A stretch of 64,000 nt of DNA, taken from NCBI GenBank assembly GCA_963822575.1, contig CAWGHZ010000007.1, positions 1,375,655 through 1,439,654 on the forward strand, in the 5' to 3' direction. A program made the position numbers and the translations under genes. The notes under the pieces were generated by a model. It saw only the letters and a program-made list of their open reading frames with translations, was not told the DNA's origin and ran no database searches. Positions 49,955-59,801 of the stretch are shown here, piece after piece; within the stretch, counting starts at the first letter, position 1; the number at the start of each line of letters is the position of its first letter. Origin of the DNA: an uncultured Alphaproteobacteria bacterium. GTDB taxonomy: Bacteria; Pseudomonadota; Alphaproteobacteria; MPNO01; DASWLB01.

Positions 49955-50145
49955 GCCCGGGCCGTCGCGGTGGGCCGCCGAATGAACTGCCACGTCGGCG
50001 GTCACGTTGGGTCCCGACTTCGTCGGTTCTTGCCAAGCGATGAACGTCCCCCGCGACGGGGCCTCCGGCGGTGCCGCCCTTATAGCGGCGCCCCATCATC
50101 CCGTCAAAGCGCCACGAAATCGTTACCGGACGGAGGGTAAGGCCG

Positions 50146-51255
50146 TCAGCCTGCGAAATCTGCCAGGCGCACCGGCTGGCGGCGCGGGCCCCAGTCGCCG
50201 GGGCGCGGCTCGAACACGCCGGGAAGCCTGGCGCCGCAGCCGGTGCAGCATCCCTCCGCGTCCAGGTTCCACGCCCCCAGCGCGTACCAGTCGCGTTCGA
50301 TCAGGAGCGTGCCGCAGGCGGGGCACCACGTGCTGCCGCCGGCGGCGTCGTGCACGTTGCCGGTATAGACAAAGCGGAGCCCACGGGCCCGGGCGATCTC
50401 GCGCGCGCGGCCAAGGGTCGCAGCCGGGGTGGCATGCTTGCCGGTCATCTTCCAATCGGGATGGAAGGCGGTGAAGTGCACCGGCACGTCCGGGCCCAAA
50501 TGATCGCCAATCCACGCACATTCGGCGTCGATCTCGCCCGGCGAGTCGTTCTCGCCGGGGATCAGGAGCGTGGTGATCTCGAACCAGACCTTTGATTCGG
50601 CAAGATATTCTAGCGTCTCCAGAACTGGCGTCAGCGATCCGCCGCAGATCTTCCGGTAGAAATCGTCGGTGAACGCCTTCAGGTCCACGTTCGCCGCGTC
50701 CATGTGGGCGTAGAACTCGGCCCGCGCGGCGGGAAGCTGGTAGCCGGCCGTCACCGCGACGGTCTTGATCCCCCGCGCGCGGCACGCCTCGGCCACGTCG
50801 ATCGCGTATTCATGGAAGATGACGGGATCGTTGTAGGTGAAGGCGACCGACCGGCAGCCGAGCGCCTGGGCGGCGCGGGCGATGGTGTCGGGCGCGGCCT
50901 CGTCGGCCAGCGTATCCATCTCGCGCGATTTCGAGATGTCCCAGTTCTGGCAGAACTTGCAGGCGAGGTTGCAGCCCGCCGTGCCGAACGACAGGACCGG
51001 CGTTCCCGGCAGGAAATGGTTGAGCGGCTTCTTCTCGATCGGGTCGACGCAAAAGCCCGACGAGCGGCCGTAGGTGTCGAGCACGATGGAATCGCCCGCG
51101 CGCGACCGCACGAAACAGAGCCCGCGCTGGCCGTCGGCCAGCCGGCAGCGGCGCGGGCAGATCTCACACTCGATCCGCTGGTCGGCGAGCTTGCGGAAAT
51201 GGCGGCCCGGCGCGGGCGCCGGCCGGGCCGTCGGTCGACTCAGTATGCGTGCCAT
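50146..51255 (-). CDS. AmmeMemoRadiSam system radical SAM enzyme
   Basis: CNLACKFC (CxxxCxxC) radical SAM motif plus N-terminal Cys cluster ECEICPRRC; divergent from the Memo/AMMECR1 pair. Confidence 0.8.
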   Translation of the reverse strand: MARILSRPTARPAPAPGRHFRKLADQRIECEICPRRCRLADGQRGLCFVRSRAGDSIVLDTYGRSSGFCVDPIEKKPLNHFLPGTPVLSFGTAGCNLACKFCQNWDISKSREMDTLADEAAPDTIARAAQALGCRSVAFTYNDPVIFHEYAIDVAEACRARGIKTVAVTAGYQLPAARAEFYAHMDAANVDLKAFTDDFYRKICGGSLTPVLETLEYLAESKVWFEITTLLIPGENDSPGEIDAECAWIGDHLGPDVPVHFTAFHPDWKMTGKHATPAATLGRAREIARARGLRFVYTGNVHDAAGGSTWCPACGTLLIERDWYALGAWNLDAEGCCTGCGARLPGVFEPRPGDWGPRRQPVRLADFAG

Positions 51256-51338
51256 GGAGCGATTCCTCGCCTTGCAGATAGGCGGGCGAGACCACAGATT
51301 CAACAACATCTAGGCCACTCTTGCGAGGGGACATCAAT

Positions 51339-52130
51339 ATGCCGGTCGTCCAGCGCGCTGCCGTCGCCGGCACGTTCTATCCGGGCGAGCCGGACGTTCT
51401 CGCCCGCACGTTGGCGACGCTCCTCGCCACGGCCGAGCCCGAGACCGAGGGGCCGGTGCCCGCGGCGATCGTCGCGCCGCACGCGGGCTACGTCTATTCC
51501 GGCCCGATCGCGGCCAGCGCCTATGCCCGTCTCGCGCCCCTCAAGGGCACGGTGCGGCGTGTCGTTCTGATCGGGCCCGCGCACCAGCTCTATTTCCACG
51601 GCATCGCCGCGCCCACCGCGGACCAGTTCGAGACGCCGCTCGGCGCGATCCCGGTCGACCGCGCGGCGGTCGCGCGCCTCCTCGCGCTGCCGCACGTCGC
51701 CGAGAACGACGCCGCCTTTGCGGGCGAGCACTGCCTGGAAGTGCATCTTCCCTTCCTCCAGACCGTGCTGGGCGATTTCACGCTGGTGCCGCTGATCGCG
51801 GGCCATGCCGGCGGGCGCGACGTGGCCGAGGTGCTGGAGCTGTTGTGGGCCGGTCCCGACACGCTGCCGGTGATCTCGTCCGACCTCAGCCACTACCACG
51901 ATTACGAGACGGCCCGCCGGCGCGACGCCGAGACCGCTCGCGCCATCGAGGCGTTGGCCGGCGAACGGCTCGACTACGACGATGCCTGCGGCCGCACCCC
52001 GATTGCCGGGCTTCTGCAGGTCGCGCGGGCGCGCGGCCTTGCCGCCCGCACCGTCGACCTCCGCAACTCGGGCGACACGGCCGGCCCGCGCGGCGAGGTG
52101 GTGGGCTACGGCGCCTGGGTCGTGGAATGA
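51339..52130 (+). CDS. AmmeMemoRadiSam system protein B (MEMO1 family)
   Basis: MEMO-like sequence (IVAPHAGYVYSG, HCLEVHLPFLQ, SSDLSHY); GAGGGGACA RBS. Confidence 0.8.
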   Translation: MPVVQRAAVAGTFYPGEPDVLARTLATLLATAEPETEGPVPAAIVAPHAGYVYSGPIAASAYARLAPLKGTVRRVVLIGPAHQLYFHGIAAPTADQFETPLGAIPVDRAAVARLLALPHVAENDAAFAGEHCLEVHLPFLQTVLGDFTLVPLIAGHAGGRDVAEVLELLWAGPDTLPVISSDLSHYHDYETARRRDAETARAIEALAGERLDYDDACGRTPIAGLLQVARARGLAARTVDLRNSGDTAGPRGEVVGYGAWVVE

Positions 52131-52729
52131 CGGCGACCGCCCTCGCCGCGCCGCTCGATGCGCTGATCGAGGCATACGGCGCGGCGCTTCTCGACCTCGC
52201 CGTCGCCTCGGTGCGGCACGGGCTGGAACGCGGCTGCCCGCTCGCGGTCGACGCCGTGCCGGCGGCCCTCGGCGAGGCTGGGGCGTCCTTCGTAACGCTG
52301 CACCGGCTGGGCGAGCTGCGCGGCTGCATCGGCAGCGCGCGGGCGTGGCGTGCGCTCGCCGCCGACGTCGCGGACAACGCCTTCGGTTCGGCATTCCACG
52401 ATCCCCGCTTCGCGCCGCTCACGGAAGACGAGCTCGAGGCGCTCGACCTCGACCTCTCGCTCCTTGGCGCGCCCGAGCCGTTCCCGGTCGACTCCGAGGC
52501 CGGGCTGATCGCGGCGCTGACGCCCGGCCGCGACGGGCTGATCCTCTCCGAGGGCGGGCGACGCGGGCTGTTCCTGCCGGCGGTGTGGGAGCAGGTCGAC
52601 GACCCGGGCGAATTCGTTCGTCACCTGAAATACAAGGCGGGGCTTCCCGCCGACCATTGGTCGGACCGCATTGTCGTCGAGCGGTTCGAGACCCGCTCGA
52701 TCGCGCGCGAGCGCGCCTGGGCGGCGTGA
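52127..52729 (+). CDS. AmmeMemoRadiSam system protein A (AMMECR1 domain)
   Basis: AMMECR1 hallmark ..GELRGCIGS..; start overlaps the Memo stop (ATGA). Confidence 0.8.
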   Translation: MTATALAAPLDALIEAYGAALLDLAVASVRHGLERGCPLAVDAVPAALGEAGASFVTLHRLGELRGCIGSARAWRALAADVADNAFGSAFHDPRFAPLTEDELEALDLDLSLLGAPEPFPVDSEAGLIAALTPGRDGLILSEGGRRGLFLPAVWEQVDDPGEFVRHLKYKAGLPADHWSDRIVVERFETRSIARERAWAA

Positions 52730-52738
52730 CCCGACGGC

Positions 52739-53002
52739 TCAGGAGGTCTTCGGCTTGCGGGGACGGCTGGCGGGGCGCTTCGCGGCGGGGGCGTCGGTGG
52801 TGAGCTTCGCCGCGCGGGGCGTGCGCGGCTTGCGGGCCGGCTCGGCCTCTGCGGGCGCGCCTGCCGGGGGCGCCTGCGCGCGCTCGGCGGCGAGTTCGGC
52901 CTCTGCGGCCAGCCAGTGGTCGAAGTCGCGGCCGCTCGGCCGGCCTTCGCGTTCCCAGATCTCGTAGGCCCGACGTTGAATCTCGCCCCGGTCGCCATCC
53001 AT
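52739..53002 (-). CDS. DUF2934 family small protein
   Basis: RAYEIWEREGRPSGRDFDHWLAAEAEL motif; Ala/Pro/Lys-rich tail. Confidence 0.6.
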   Translation of the reverse strand: MDGDRGEIQRRAYEIWEREGRPSGRDFDHWLAAEAELAAERAQAPPAGAPAEAEPARKPRTPRAAKLTTDAPAAKRPASRPRKPKTS

Positions 53003-53184
53003 CGGCGTTCTCCCCTTCGGCCTCGCCGCGTCCCGCCACCCCTCGGCAGGGACTCCTCGATCTCCATATGGTAAGCGATTTCCGGTTCGGCGAGGATACC
53101 GGTTGATCGAGGTCCTCGCGCCACCTCGCCGGCCGTTGTAACCAGTCCCGTCGCCCGCCCGTTTCGCCGCCCGAAGGATCCGCC

Positions 53185-54879
53185 ATGCCGATCCACCCGT
53201 TCATCAATGCGACGCGCATCGCCTATTTCTCGATGGAGATCGCGCTGCGCTCGGAAATCCACACCTATAGCGGCGGGCTCGGTGTGCTGGCCGGCGACAT
53301 CGTCCGGAGCTGCGCCGACCTGGAAATCCCGGTGGTGTTCGTCACGCTGGTCAGCCGCGACGGCTATTTCCGCCAGGAGATCGGACCGGACGGCCAGCAA
53401 ATCGAGCGAGACGACACGTGGGACCCGGCGAGCTGGGCGAAGCCGCTGCCCGCCATGGTCGCGGTCGAGATCGAGAAGCGCGAGGTATGGATCAAGGCGT
53501 GGCTCTACATCCATTCGGCGCCGCACGGCAAGGACGTGCCGGTGCTGTTCCTCGATACCGACTTCGCCGAGAACGACCCGCGCGACCGCGACATCACCCA
53601 CCATTTGTACGGCGACGGCGAAGTCTACCGGCTGAAGCAGGAGATCGTGCTCGGCATCGGCGGCGTGCGCATGCTCCAGGCGCTCGGGTTCTCCATCCAC
53701 ACCTATCACTTGAACGAGGGGCACGCGGCGCTGCTGGCCGTCGAGCTGCTGCACCGCTTCCGCCATCCCATTGGCCCCGTGCCCGGCGAGACGGCCTACG
53801 ACATCCAGCGGATTCGCGACATGTGCATCTTCACCACCCATACGCCGGTCGAGGCCGCCACCGACCGCTTCACATACGAAACCGTCGCGCAGGTGATGGA
53901 GGAGCTGATCGAGCCCGGCGAGCTGAAAGCGCTGGCCGGCGCCGACCGGATGAACATGACCTCGCTCGCCCTCGCTCTCGCCGGCTACGTCAACGGCGTC
54001 GCGCGCCGCCACGCCGAGACGGCGACCCACATGCATCCCGGCTACCACATCCGGGCGATCACCAACGGGGTGCACGCGCCGACCTGGACGCATTTGAGCT
54101 TCTGCAAGCTCTACAACGCCCTGCTTCCCAACTGGTCGCACGAGCCCGAGCTGCTGGTCCGCGCCGACCAGCTCGACGACGACGCGGTGTGGCGGGCCCA
54201 TAGCGAGGCAAAGCGCGATCTTATCGCGCTGGTCGAGACGCGTTGCGGCCTCAAGCTCGATCCCGAGAAGCCGCTCCTCGCCTTCGCCCGGCGGATGACC
54301 AGCTACAAGCGGCCCGACCTGCTGTTCACCGACCTCGACCGGCTCACGGCGATCGCCCGCAAATACCCCTTCCAGATCGTTATGTCCGGCAAGGCGCACC
54401 CGCGCGACCAGGAGGGCAAGCGGCTGATCGCCGAGATCGAGGGCCGCATGCGCGAGCTGGGCGGCGCGCTACCGGCGACGTTCCTCGCCGGTTACGACCT
54501 CGACCTCGCCAAGGTGCTGGTCGCGGGCGCCGACATCTGGCTCAACACGCCGCAGCCGCCGATGGAGGCCTCGGGCACCAGCGGCATGAAGGCGGCGCTG
54601 AACGGCGTCCTCAACATGAGCGTGCTGGACGGCTGGTGGGTGGAGGCATGGATCGAAGGGGTGACCGGCTGGTCGATCGGCGTCGACGGCGTGGGCGACT
54701 CGCGCGCCGCCGACGCGGCCTCGCTCTACGACAAGCTGGAGAACCTGGTGCTGCCGCTCTACGCCCACGACCGGGCGCGCTGGATCTGGATGATGAAGCA
54801 GGGCATCAGCAAGATCGCGAGCTACTTCAACAGCCAGCGCATGATGCGCCGCTACGCCTCCGAGGCCTATATCCGCTGA
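53185..54879 (+). CDS. glgP: Alpha-glucan family phosphorylase (GT35, glycogen/maltodextrin phosphorylase)
   Basis: 564 aa; EASGTSGMKAALNG PLP-lysine motif; YFSMEIAL N-terminus. Confidence 0.85.
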   Translation: MPIHPFINATRIAYFSMEIALRSEIHTYSGGLGVLAGDIVRSCADLEIPVVFVTLVSRDGYFRQEIGPDGQQIERDDTWDPASWAKPLPAMVAVEIEKREVWIKAWLYIHSAPHGKDVPVLFLDTDFAENDPRDRDITHHLYGDGEVYRLKQEIVLGIGGVRMLQALGFSIHTYHLNEGHAALLAVELLHRFRHPIGPVPGETAYDIQRIRDMCIFTTHTPVEAATDRFTYETVAQVMEELIEPGELKALAGADRMNMTSLALALAGYVNGVARRHAETATHMHPGYHIRAITNGVHAPTWTHLSFCKLYNALLPNWSHEPELLVRADQLDDDAVWRAHSEAKRDLIALVETRCGLKLDPEKPLLAFARRMTSYKRPDLLFTDLDRLTAIARKYPFQIVMSGKAHPRDQEGKRLIAEIEGRMRELGGALPATFLAGYDLDLAKVLVAGADIWLNTPQPPMEASGTSGMKAALNGVLNMSVLDGWWVEAWIEGVTGWSIGVDGVGDSRAADAASLYDKLENLVLPLYAHDRARWIWMMKQGISKIASYFNSQRMMRRYASEAYIR

Positions 54880-54937
54880 AACGGAAAACCCTCCCCGCCG
54901 GGAAAGCGGGGAGGGCCGTCTGGCGTTAGTGCCGGCG

Positions 54938-55645
54938 TTAGTGATCGAGGCCGCTGCCGATCGCCCCGACGTGCCCGCTCGCGCCCGCCCCCTCGTTCTC
55001 GGGGACGTTGTAGAGCGCATTGGGGTTGCGCGTCGGTTGGGCGTTATAGGTTGTCAGGTCCGAGATCTGGTCGCGGCTCAGGTCCGTGCCGATCATCAGC
55101 GCGCCATTCACGCGGTTGATCCGCACGTGATCCGACCGCAACAGCACCTCGTGCTGGCCCATGCCGAGGAACTGGCCGGTGCTGACCACCAGCCCGTCGT
55201 CGAGCGCGCGCACCACGTTGCCGATCTGCTGGCCCTGCTGGTCGAGCACCGGGCGGCCGATCAGCGCCGCCCTGCGGTGCAGCCGGTCCGACATGTTCGC
55301 GCTCATGCCCTCGTTGGCCTTGTTCTCGACGCCGTGGTTTCCCTTGTTGAACTCGTTCCCGGCGCCGAGGTTCGACCGGCTGCCGTTGCCCTCCTCGTTG
55401 CTCAGGTAGGGCCCGTTCTCGCCATTGCCGTTCTGCTTGTCCTGCATGGTGAGCGGGGTGGTCTCGCGCCCCGACTGGTCCGTCTTGTCGATCGGGTGGA
55501 CGCCCTGGACCTGCGGCGTGATCTCGCCGCCCGCGCTGCTCGTCGAGCTGCCGGTGTAGTGGTCACCTTTAAACGCGGCCATGCCGGCGCCCGACGTGGC
55601 CATCAGCGCGGCGCTCGCGACCGCGATCATCAGTTTGTAACGCAT
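54938..55645 (-). CDS. Secreted PRC-barrel domain protein with Gly/Asn/Glu-rich central region
   Basis: Signal peptide; C-terminal PRC-barrel-like LIGRPVLDQQGQQIGNVVRALDDGLVV; AAGGAG RBS. Confidence 0.6.
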   Translation of the reverse strand: MRYKLMIAVASAALMATSGAGMAAFKGDHYTGSSTSSAGGEITPQVQGVHPIDKTDQSGRETTPLTMQDKQNGNGENGPYLSNEEGNGSRSNLGAGNEFNKGNHGVENKANEGMSANMSDRLHRRAALIGRPVLDQQGQQIGNVVRALDDGLVVSTGQFLGMGQHEVLLRSDHVRINRVNGALMIGTDLSRDQISDLTTYNAQPTRNPNALYNVPENEGAGASGHVGAIGSGLDH

Positions 55646-55715
55646 CTGCTACTCCTTTCCGCCCCCTCGTCCTGTGGCGGTCGGGCGCGGACCGAAGCCC
55701 GCGCCCGTCGAATTA

Positions 55716-56168
55716 TCAACGCATGGAGCCGCCTACCGCTCCGCCCGGCTGGTATTCGGGCATATTTTCGAGCTGGCCGGCGTTGAGGCTGGAGATCACG
55801 GAGAGCTTGCCGCGCGCGCGGGTGGCCGTGAGGTTGACCGGCTTCACGAGCACCTTGTGCGTGCCGATGCCCATCGTGCGCCCGACGCTGATCACGACCC
55901 CGTCGGGGGTGATGCGCGTGACCTCGCCGATCTGGTGGCCGTCCGCGCTGAGCACTGGGGCGTCGAGCAGCGCCCGGTCGCTCGGCACCATCTCCACATT
56001 GCGGATGCCCTTGAGATAGCTGTTCTCCTGAATCTGCTCAGGATTCTGCGCCGCAGGATTGGGCTCGCCCATATTGCCCATCTTGTCGTGGTGTTCCGCT
56101 GCGATCGCCGCCCCCGAGGCCGACAGCAGGACCGCGCTGGCGAGCGCCAGCATCGTCTTGTACGTCAT
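55716..56168 (-). CDS. Secreted PRC-barrel domain protein (paralog)
   Basis: Signal peptide; VLSADGHQIGEVTRITPDGVVISVG PRC-barrel-like; GGAAGGAG RBS. Confidence 0.6.
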   Translation of the reverse strand: MTYKTMLALASAVLLSASGAAIAAEHHDKMGNMGEPNPAAQNPEQIQENSYLKGIRNVEMVPSDRALLDAPVLSADGHQIGEVTRITPDGVVISVGRTMGIGTHKVLVKPVNLTATRARGKLSVISSLNAGQLENMPEYQPGGAVGGSMR

Positions 56169-56269
56169 GATACGCTCCTTCCGTTTGGCCGGCTTGCTTC
56201 AAGGGGAAACGCCGAGACCCGGCGATCGTTCCTGTTGCGGGCCGGCCCCGCGCGGCCGTGGGATACAAA

Positions 56270-58618
56270 ATGTCACATCGGGACAGCACGTTCGCGCCGG
56301 GCGCTCCCGGCATCCCCCCGACCTGGTCGTCCAGCGCCAAGGACATGGTGGGCACCGCGCTCGGCCCGGCGCGGCTCTGGTTCACCATCGGCTACGGCAT
56401 CGTCAACGAGGTGTACTGGCCCCGGGTCGACCTGCCGCAGATCCGCGACCTCGGCTTCATCGTCGGCGACGGCCAGGGCTTCTGGTGCGAGGTCAAGCGG
56501 CTGGGCAACCATGTCGTCACCACCCCTGCGTCGGGCATCCCGGCGGTCGAGATCGTCCATGCCCACGACCGGTTCCGCCTGATCCAGCGCATCGCGCCCG
56601 ACCCCGAGCGCGACGTGCTGTTGATCGACGTGACCCTGGAGGGCGACCCCACCCTCGCCCCCTACGCGCTGATCGCGCCGCACCTCGGCGGGTCGGGCCA
56701 TGACAATGTCGCCATGGTCTATAGCGAGCGCGGCCGCACCGTGCTCGGCGCCGAGCTGGGGCCGTTCGGCCTCGCCCTCGCCGCGGCGGACAAGGGCCAG
56801 TGCGACGCCTGGCTCGGCGCCAGCGCCGGCTATGTCGGAACCAGCGACGGCTGGCAGGATTTCTGGGCGAACGGCGCGATGACCTGGCGCTGGCACCGGG
56901 CCGGGCCGGGCAACGTGGCGCTGATGGGCGCGCTGCCGCGGCGGGCGACCCTCGCCCTCGCCTTCGCCGGCTCGACCATGTCCGCGGCGACCCTCGCCAT
57001 CTCGGCGCTGATCCAGGATTTCGACACGGTGTGGCACCACCATGTCGCGCGCTGGCGCGCGTGGCACCCGGCGCCGCATGTCGACGCCCATCTGTCCCCG
57101 GAGTTGCGCCACCAGCATCGCCAGTCGGCGATGGTGCTGCGCGCCCACCAGGACAAGACCTATCCCGGCGCCATGGTGGCGAGCCTGTCGATCCCCTGGG
57201 GCAGCGCCAAGGACGACATCGGCGGCTATCACCTGGTCTGGCCGCGCGACCTGGTGGAAAGCGCCCTGGCGCTGGTCGCGCTCAGTGCGTTCGGCGAAGC
57301 GCGCGACATATTGCGCTACTTGATCGCGACGCAACTCGCCGACGGGCGCTGGCAGCAGAACCAGTGGCTCGGCGGCACGCCGGGCTGGCACGGCGTGCAG
57401 CTCGACGAGGTGGCGTGGCCCGTGATCCTCGCCGCGGCGCTCGCCGAGCGGGATGCGCTCGGCGACATCGAGGCGGCGGACATGATCCGCCGCGCGGTCT
57501 GCTTCATCCTCCGCACCGGGCCCGCCACCGACCAGGACCGGTGGGAGGAGATCGCGGGCCTCAACCCGTTCACACTGGCCGCCTGCGTCGCCGCGCTGGT
57601 GGCGGGCGCGGAGATGCTGCCGGCCCCGCTCGACGGGCTGGTGCGGGATGTGGCCGACGACTGGGCGTCGCATGTCGAGGACTGGACGGCCGCGCGCGGC
57701 AGCGCGCTGGCGGCCCGGTTCGGCGTCGCGACGCATTACGTGCGTACCGCGCCCATCCGCATCCTGGAGGACGCCTCGGCGATGGCGGACGCGATCGAGC
57801 TGCGCAACCTCGGCCCGGGCCGGACCATCGCGGCGTCCGAGCTGGTCTCGACCGATTTCCTGCAGCTCGTGCGGTTCGGCATCCGCCCGGCGGACCATCC
57901 CGTGGTGCGTGACACCCTCACCGTGATCGACGGCGTGCTGAAGGTGGACACGCCGAACGGCCCCTCCTGGCACCGCTACAACGAGGACGGCTACGGCGAG
58001 CAGGCTGACGGCAGCGCGTTCCTCGGCATTGGCATCGGCCGGGCGTGGCCGCTGCTCACCGGCGAGCGGGGTCACTTTGCCCTGTGCGCCGGCGAGGATC
58101 CCCTGCCCTACCTCGAGGCGATGGACCGCATGGCGGGCCGCGGCAAGCTGATTCCGGAACAGGTATGGGACACCGACGCGCTGCCGGCGAAGTACCTCTA
58201 TCCCGGCCAGCCGACCGGCTCGGCCATGCCGCTCGTCTGGGCGCACGCCGAGTTCGTCAAGCTGGTCGCCGCGCGCACCGCCGGCGCACCCGTGGACCGG
58301 CTGACCGTGGTCGCGGCTCGCTACGCCCGACCGCGCACGCCGCGCTGGGCACACTGGTCGCGGCGCGCCCGCATCGCGCGCATCGCGGCGGGGTGCGGGC
58401 TCCGTGTGCTTCTCGACGCGCCCGCGACCGTGCACTGGTCGGCAGACGGCTGGGCGCAGTTCGAAGATACGCAGACCCACCCGACCGGCTTGGCGCTTCA
58501 CCTCGCCGAGATTCCCGCGCGCCGCCTTCCCATCGGCACCAGGCTCGTCTTCACACTGCGCGACCGCACCACCGGCCAGTGGGAGGGGCGGGACTACGTG
58601 GTGACGGTGGAGGGGTAA
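56270..58618 (+). CDS. Glucoamylase / glucodextranase (glycoside hydrolase family 15) with N-terminal beta-sandwich domain
   Basis: About 780 aa; GH15 catalytic (alpha/alpha)6 region (YHLVWPRDLVESALAL, WEEIAGLNPFTLAA); alternative GTG start at 56258. Confidence 0.8.
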   Translation: MSHRDSTFAPGAPGIPPTWSSSAKDMVGTALGPARLWFTIGYGIVNEVYWPRVDLPQIRDLGFIVGDGQGFWCEVKRLGNHVVTTPASGIPAVEIVHAHDRFRLIQRIAPDPERDVLLIDVTLEGDPTLAPYALIAPHLGGSGHDNVAMVYSERGRTVLGAELGPFGLALAAADKGQCDAWLGASAGYVGTSDGWQDFWANGAMTWRWHRAGPGNVALMGALPRRATLALAFAGSTMSAATLAISALIQDFDTVWHHHVARWRAWHPAPHVDAHLSPELRHQHRQSAMVLRAHQDKTYPGAMVASLSIPWGSAKDDIGGYHLVWPRDLVESALALVALSAFGEARDILRYLIATQLADGRWQQNQWLGGTPGWHGVQLDEVAWPVILAAALAERDALGDIEAADMIRRAVCFILRTGPATDQDRWEEIAGLNPFTLAACVAALVAGAEMLPAPLDGLVRDVADDWASHVEDWTAARGSALAARFGVATHYVRTAPIRILEDASAMADAIELRNLGPGRTIAASELVSTDFLQLVRFGIRPADHPVVRDTLTVIDGVLKVDTPNGPSWHRYNEDGYGEQADGSAFLGIGIGRAWPLLTGERGHFALCAGEDPLPYLEAMDRMAGRGKLIPEQVWDTDALPAKYLYPGQPTGSAMPLVWAHAEFVKLVAARTAGAPVDRLTVVAARYARPRTPRWAHWSRRARIARIAAGCGLRVLLDAPATVHWSADGWAQFEDTQTHPTGLALHLAEIPARRLPIGTRLVFTLRDRTTGQWEGRDYVVTVEG

Positions 58619-58630
58619 GGGCTTCGCGCC

Positions 58631-59329
58631 CTACGGCATCTTGGGGAGCTTGCCGCGGTCGGCGATGGCCGAGGTGACCTTTTCGGCGCGCGCCGGGTCC
58701 ATCTGGGCAAGGATCGCGCCCGACTTCTGCACCCGCATCCCCTCGATCACGTCGAGCACGATGGGCAGGTCGAGCTTCTCGAAGATCGCCGCGGCGTCCT
58801 TCGGCTTCATGTTCTCGTAGATCTTGACCAGATTCTTGAGCTTCGCCGCCTGCTCGGTGTCGTGCTGCTTGAGCAGGGCCCCGATCTTCGCCTCGATCGC
58901 CTTCAGCTCCGCGAGCTTGGCGGTGATGCGCTTTTCGGTGGCCGCAAGCAGGTTCGCGCGGAGATCGATCGCGCGCGCGCGCGCGTCGAGCGCGTCGCGT
59001 CGCGCCGAAAGCTTTTCGAGGACGGCGATCTCCTGCTCGGTCAGCGCCGGGCCCTCCGACCCGAAGCGCTGCGGCTCGACGGCGGACTGGCCGGCGGGCG
59101 TCGCCGGCATCTTGTCGGCCATCGCCGGCTTCGGTGCCGCCTGATCCGGCTTTGCGGCCGGCGCGGACGCGGCGGGGCGCGCCGACTGGGCCTCGCCCGG
59201 CGCGCCGACCGCGAGCGAGACGTCGTGCCAGAGATGGCCGACCCGCACGCTCAACAGCGCGGCGGCGGCGAACATCACCGCCGGCACCAGGCGCAAGCGG
59301 GGCACGCGGAAACGCGGAACGAATGTCAT
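58631..59329 (-). CDS. motE: MotE-family flagellar motility protein
   Basis: N-terminal TM, coiled-coil, C-terminal KPKDAAAIFEKLD...ILAQMDPARAEKV MotE-like region; flagellar neighbourhood. Confidence 0.6.
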   Translation of the reverse strand: MTFVPRFRVPRLRLVPAVMFAAAALLSVRVGHLWHDVSLAVGAPGEAQSARPAASAPAAKPDQAAPKPAMADKMPATPAGQSAVEPQRFGSEGPALTEQEIAVLEKLSARRDALDARARAIDLRANLLAATEKRITAKLAELKAIEAKIGALLKQHDTEQAAKLKNLVKIYENMKPKDAAAIFEKLDLPIVLDVIEGMRVQKSGAILAQMDPARAEKVTSAIADRGKLPKMP

Positions 59330-59339
59330 CGGATGGCGC

Positions 59340-59801
59340 TCACCCCGTGGCGCGCGCCTTCTGCATCGCCTGCAGAAGCTCGCGCTCGGCCGAGGAGTCG
59401 GCCGCGAGCGGCGCGGCCGGCCGGGGCGTATCGGAGACGACGGTCGGGCGCGGCCGCGGCTTTGCCGCCGCCGCCTTGGGCGCGGCGATGCCGGCGAGGC
59501 GCTGGGCGATGGCGTCGCCGCGTTCGGTCAGGAACACGAGCTCGTCGCGCAGCGCGGTCGCCTCGCCGATGGCAGCGTTGAGCCCGTCGCCCGCCAGAGA
59601 TGCCGCGGCGCCCATCTGGGCCACCGTGCGCTCGGCATGAGCGGCGGCCTCGTCGAACCGGGCGATAGTGGCGGCGAGCTCCGCCTTGCCATCGCGCAGC
59701 GACGAGAGCAGACGGTTGAGCCGCCAGGCATAAGCGATCACGGCGACGAGCAGGCACGCGACCAGCCCGTCGAGCCCGATAGATACGAGAGGGGACGTCA
59801 C
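59340..59801 (-). CDS. Hypothetical membrane-anchored protein in flagellar locus (154 aa)
   Basis: GTG start overlapping the fliM stop (GTGA) with AAGGAGG RBS; one N-terminal TM then coiled-coil and Ala/Pro-rich tail. Confidence 0.5.
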   Translation of the reverse strand: MTSPLVSIGLDGLVACLLVAVIAYAWRLNRLLSSLRDGKAELAATIARFDEAAAHAERTVAQMGAAASLAGDGLNAAIGEATALRDELVFLTERGDAIAQRLAGIAAPKAAAAKPRPRPTVVSDTPRPAAPLAADSSAERELLQAMQKARATG

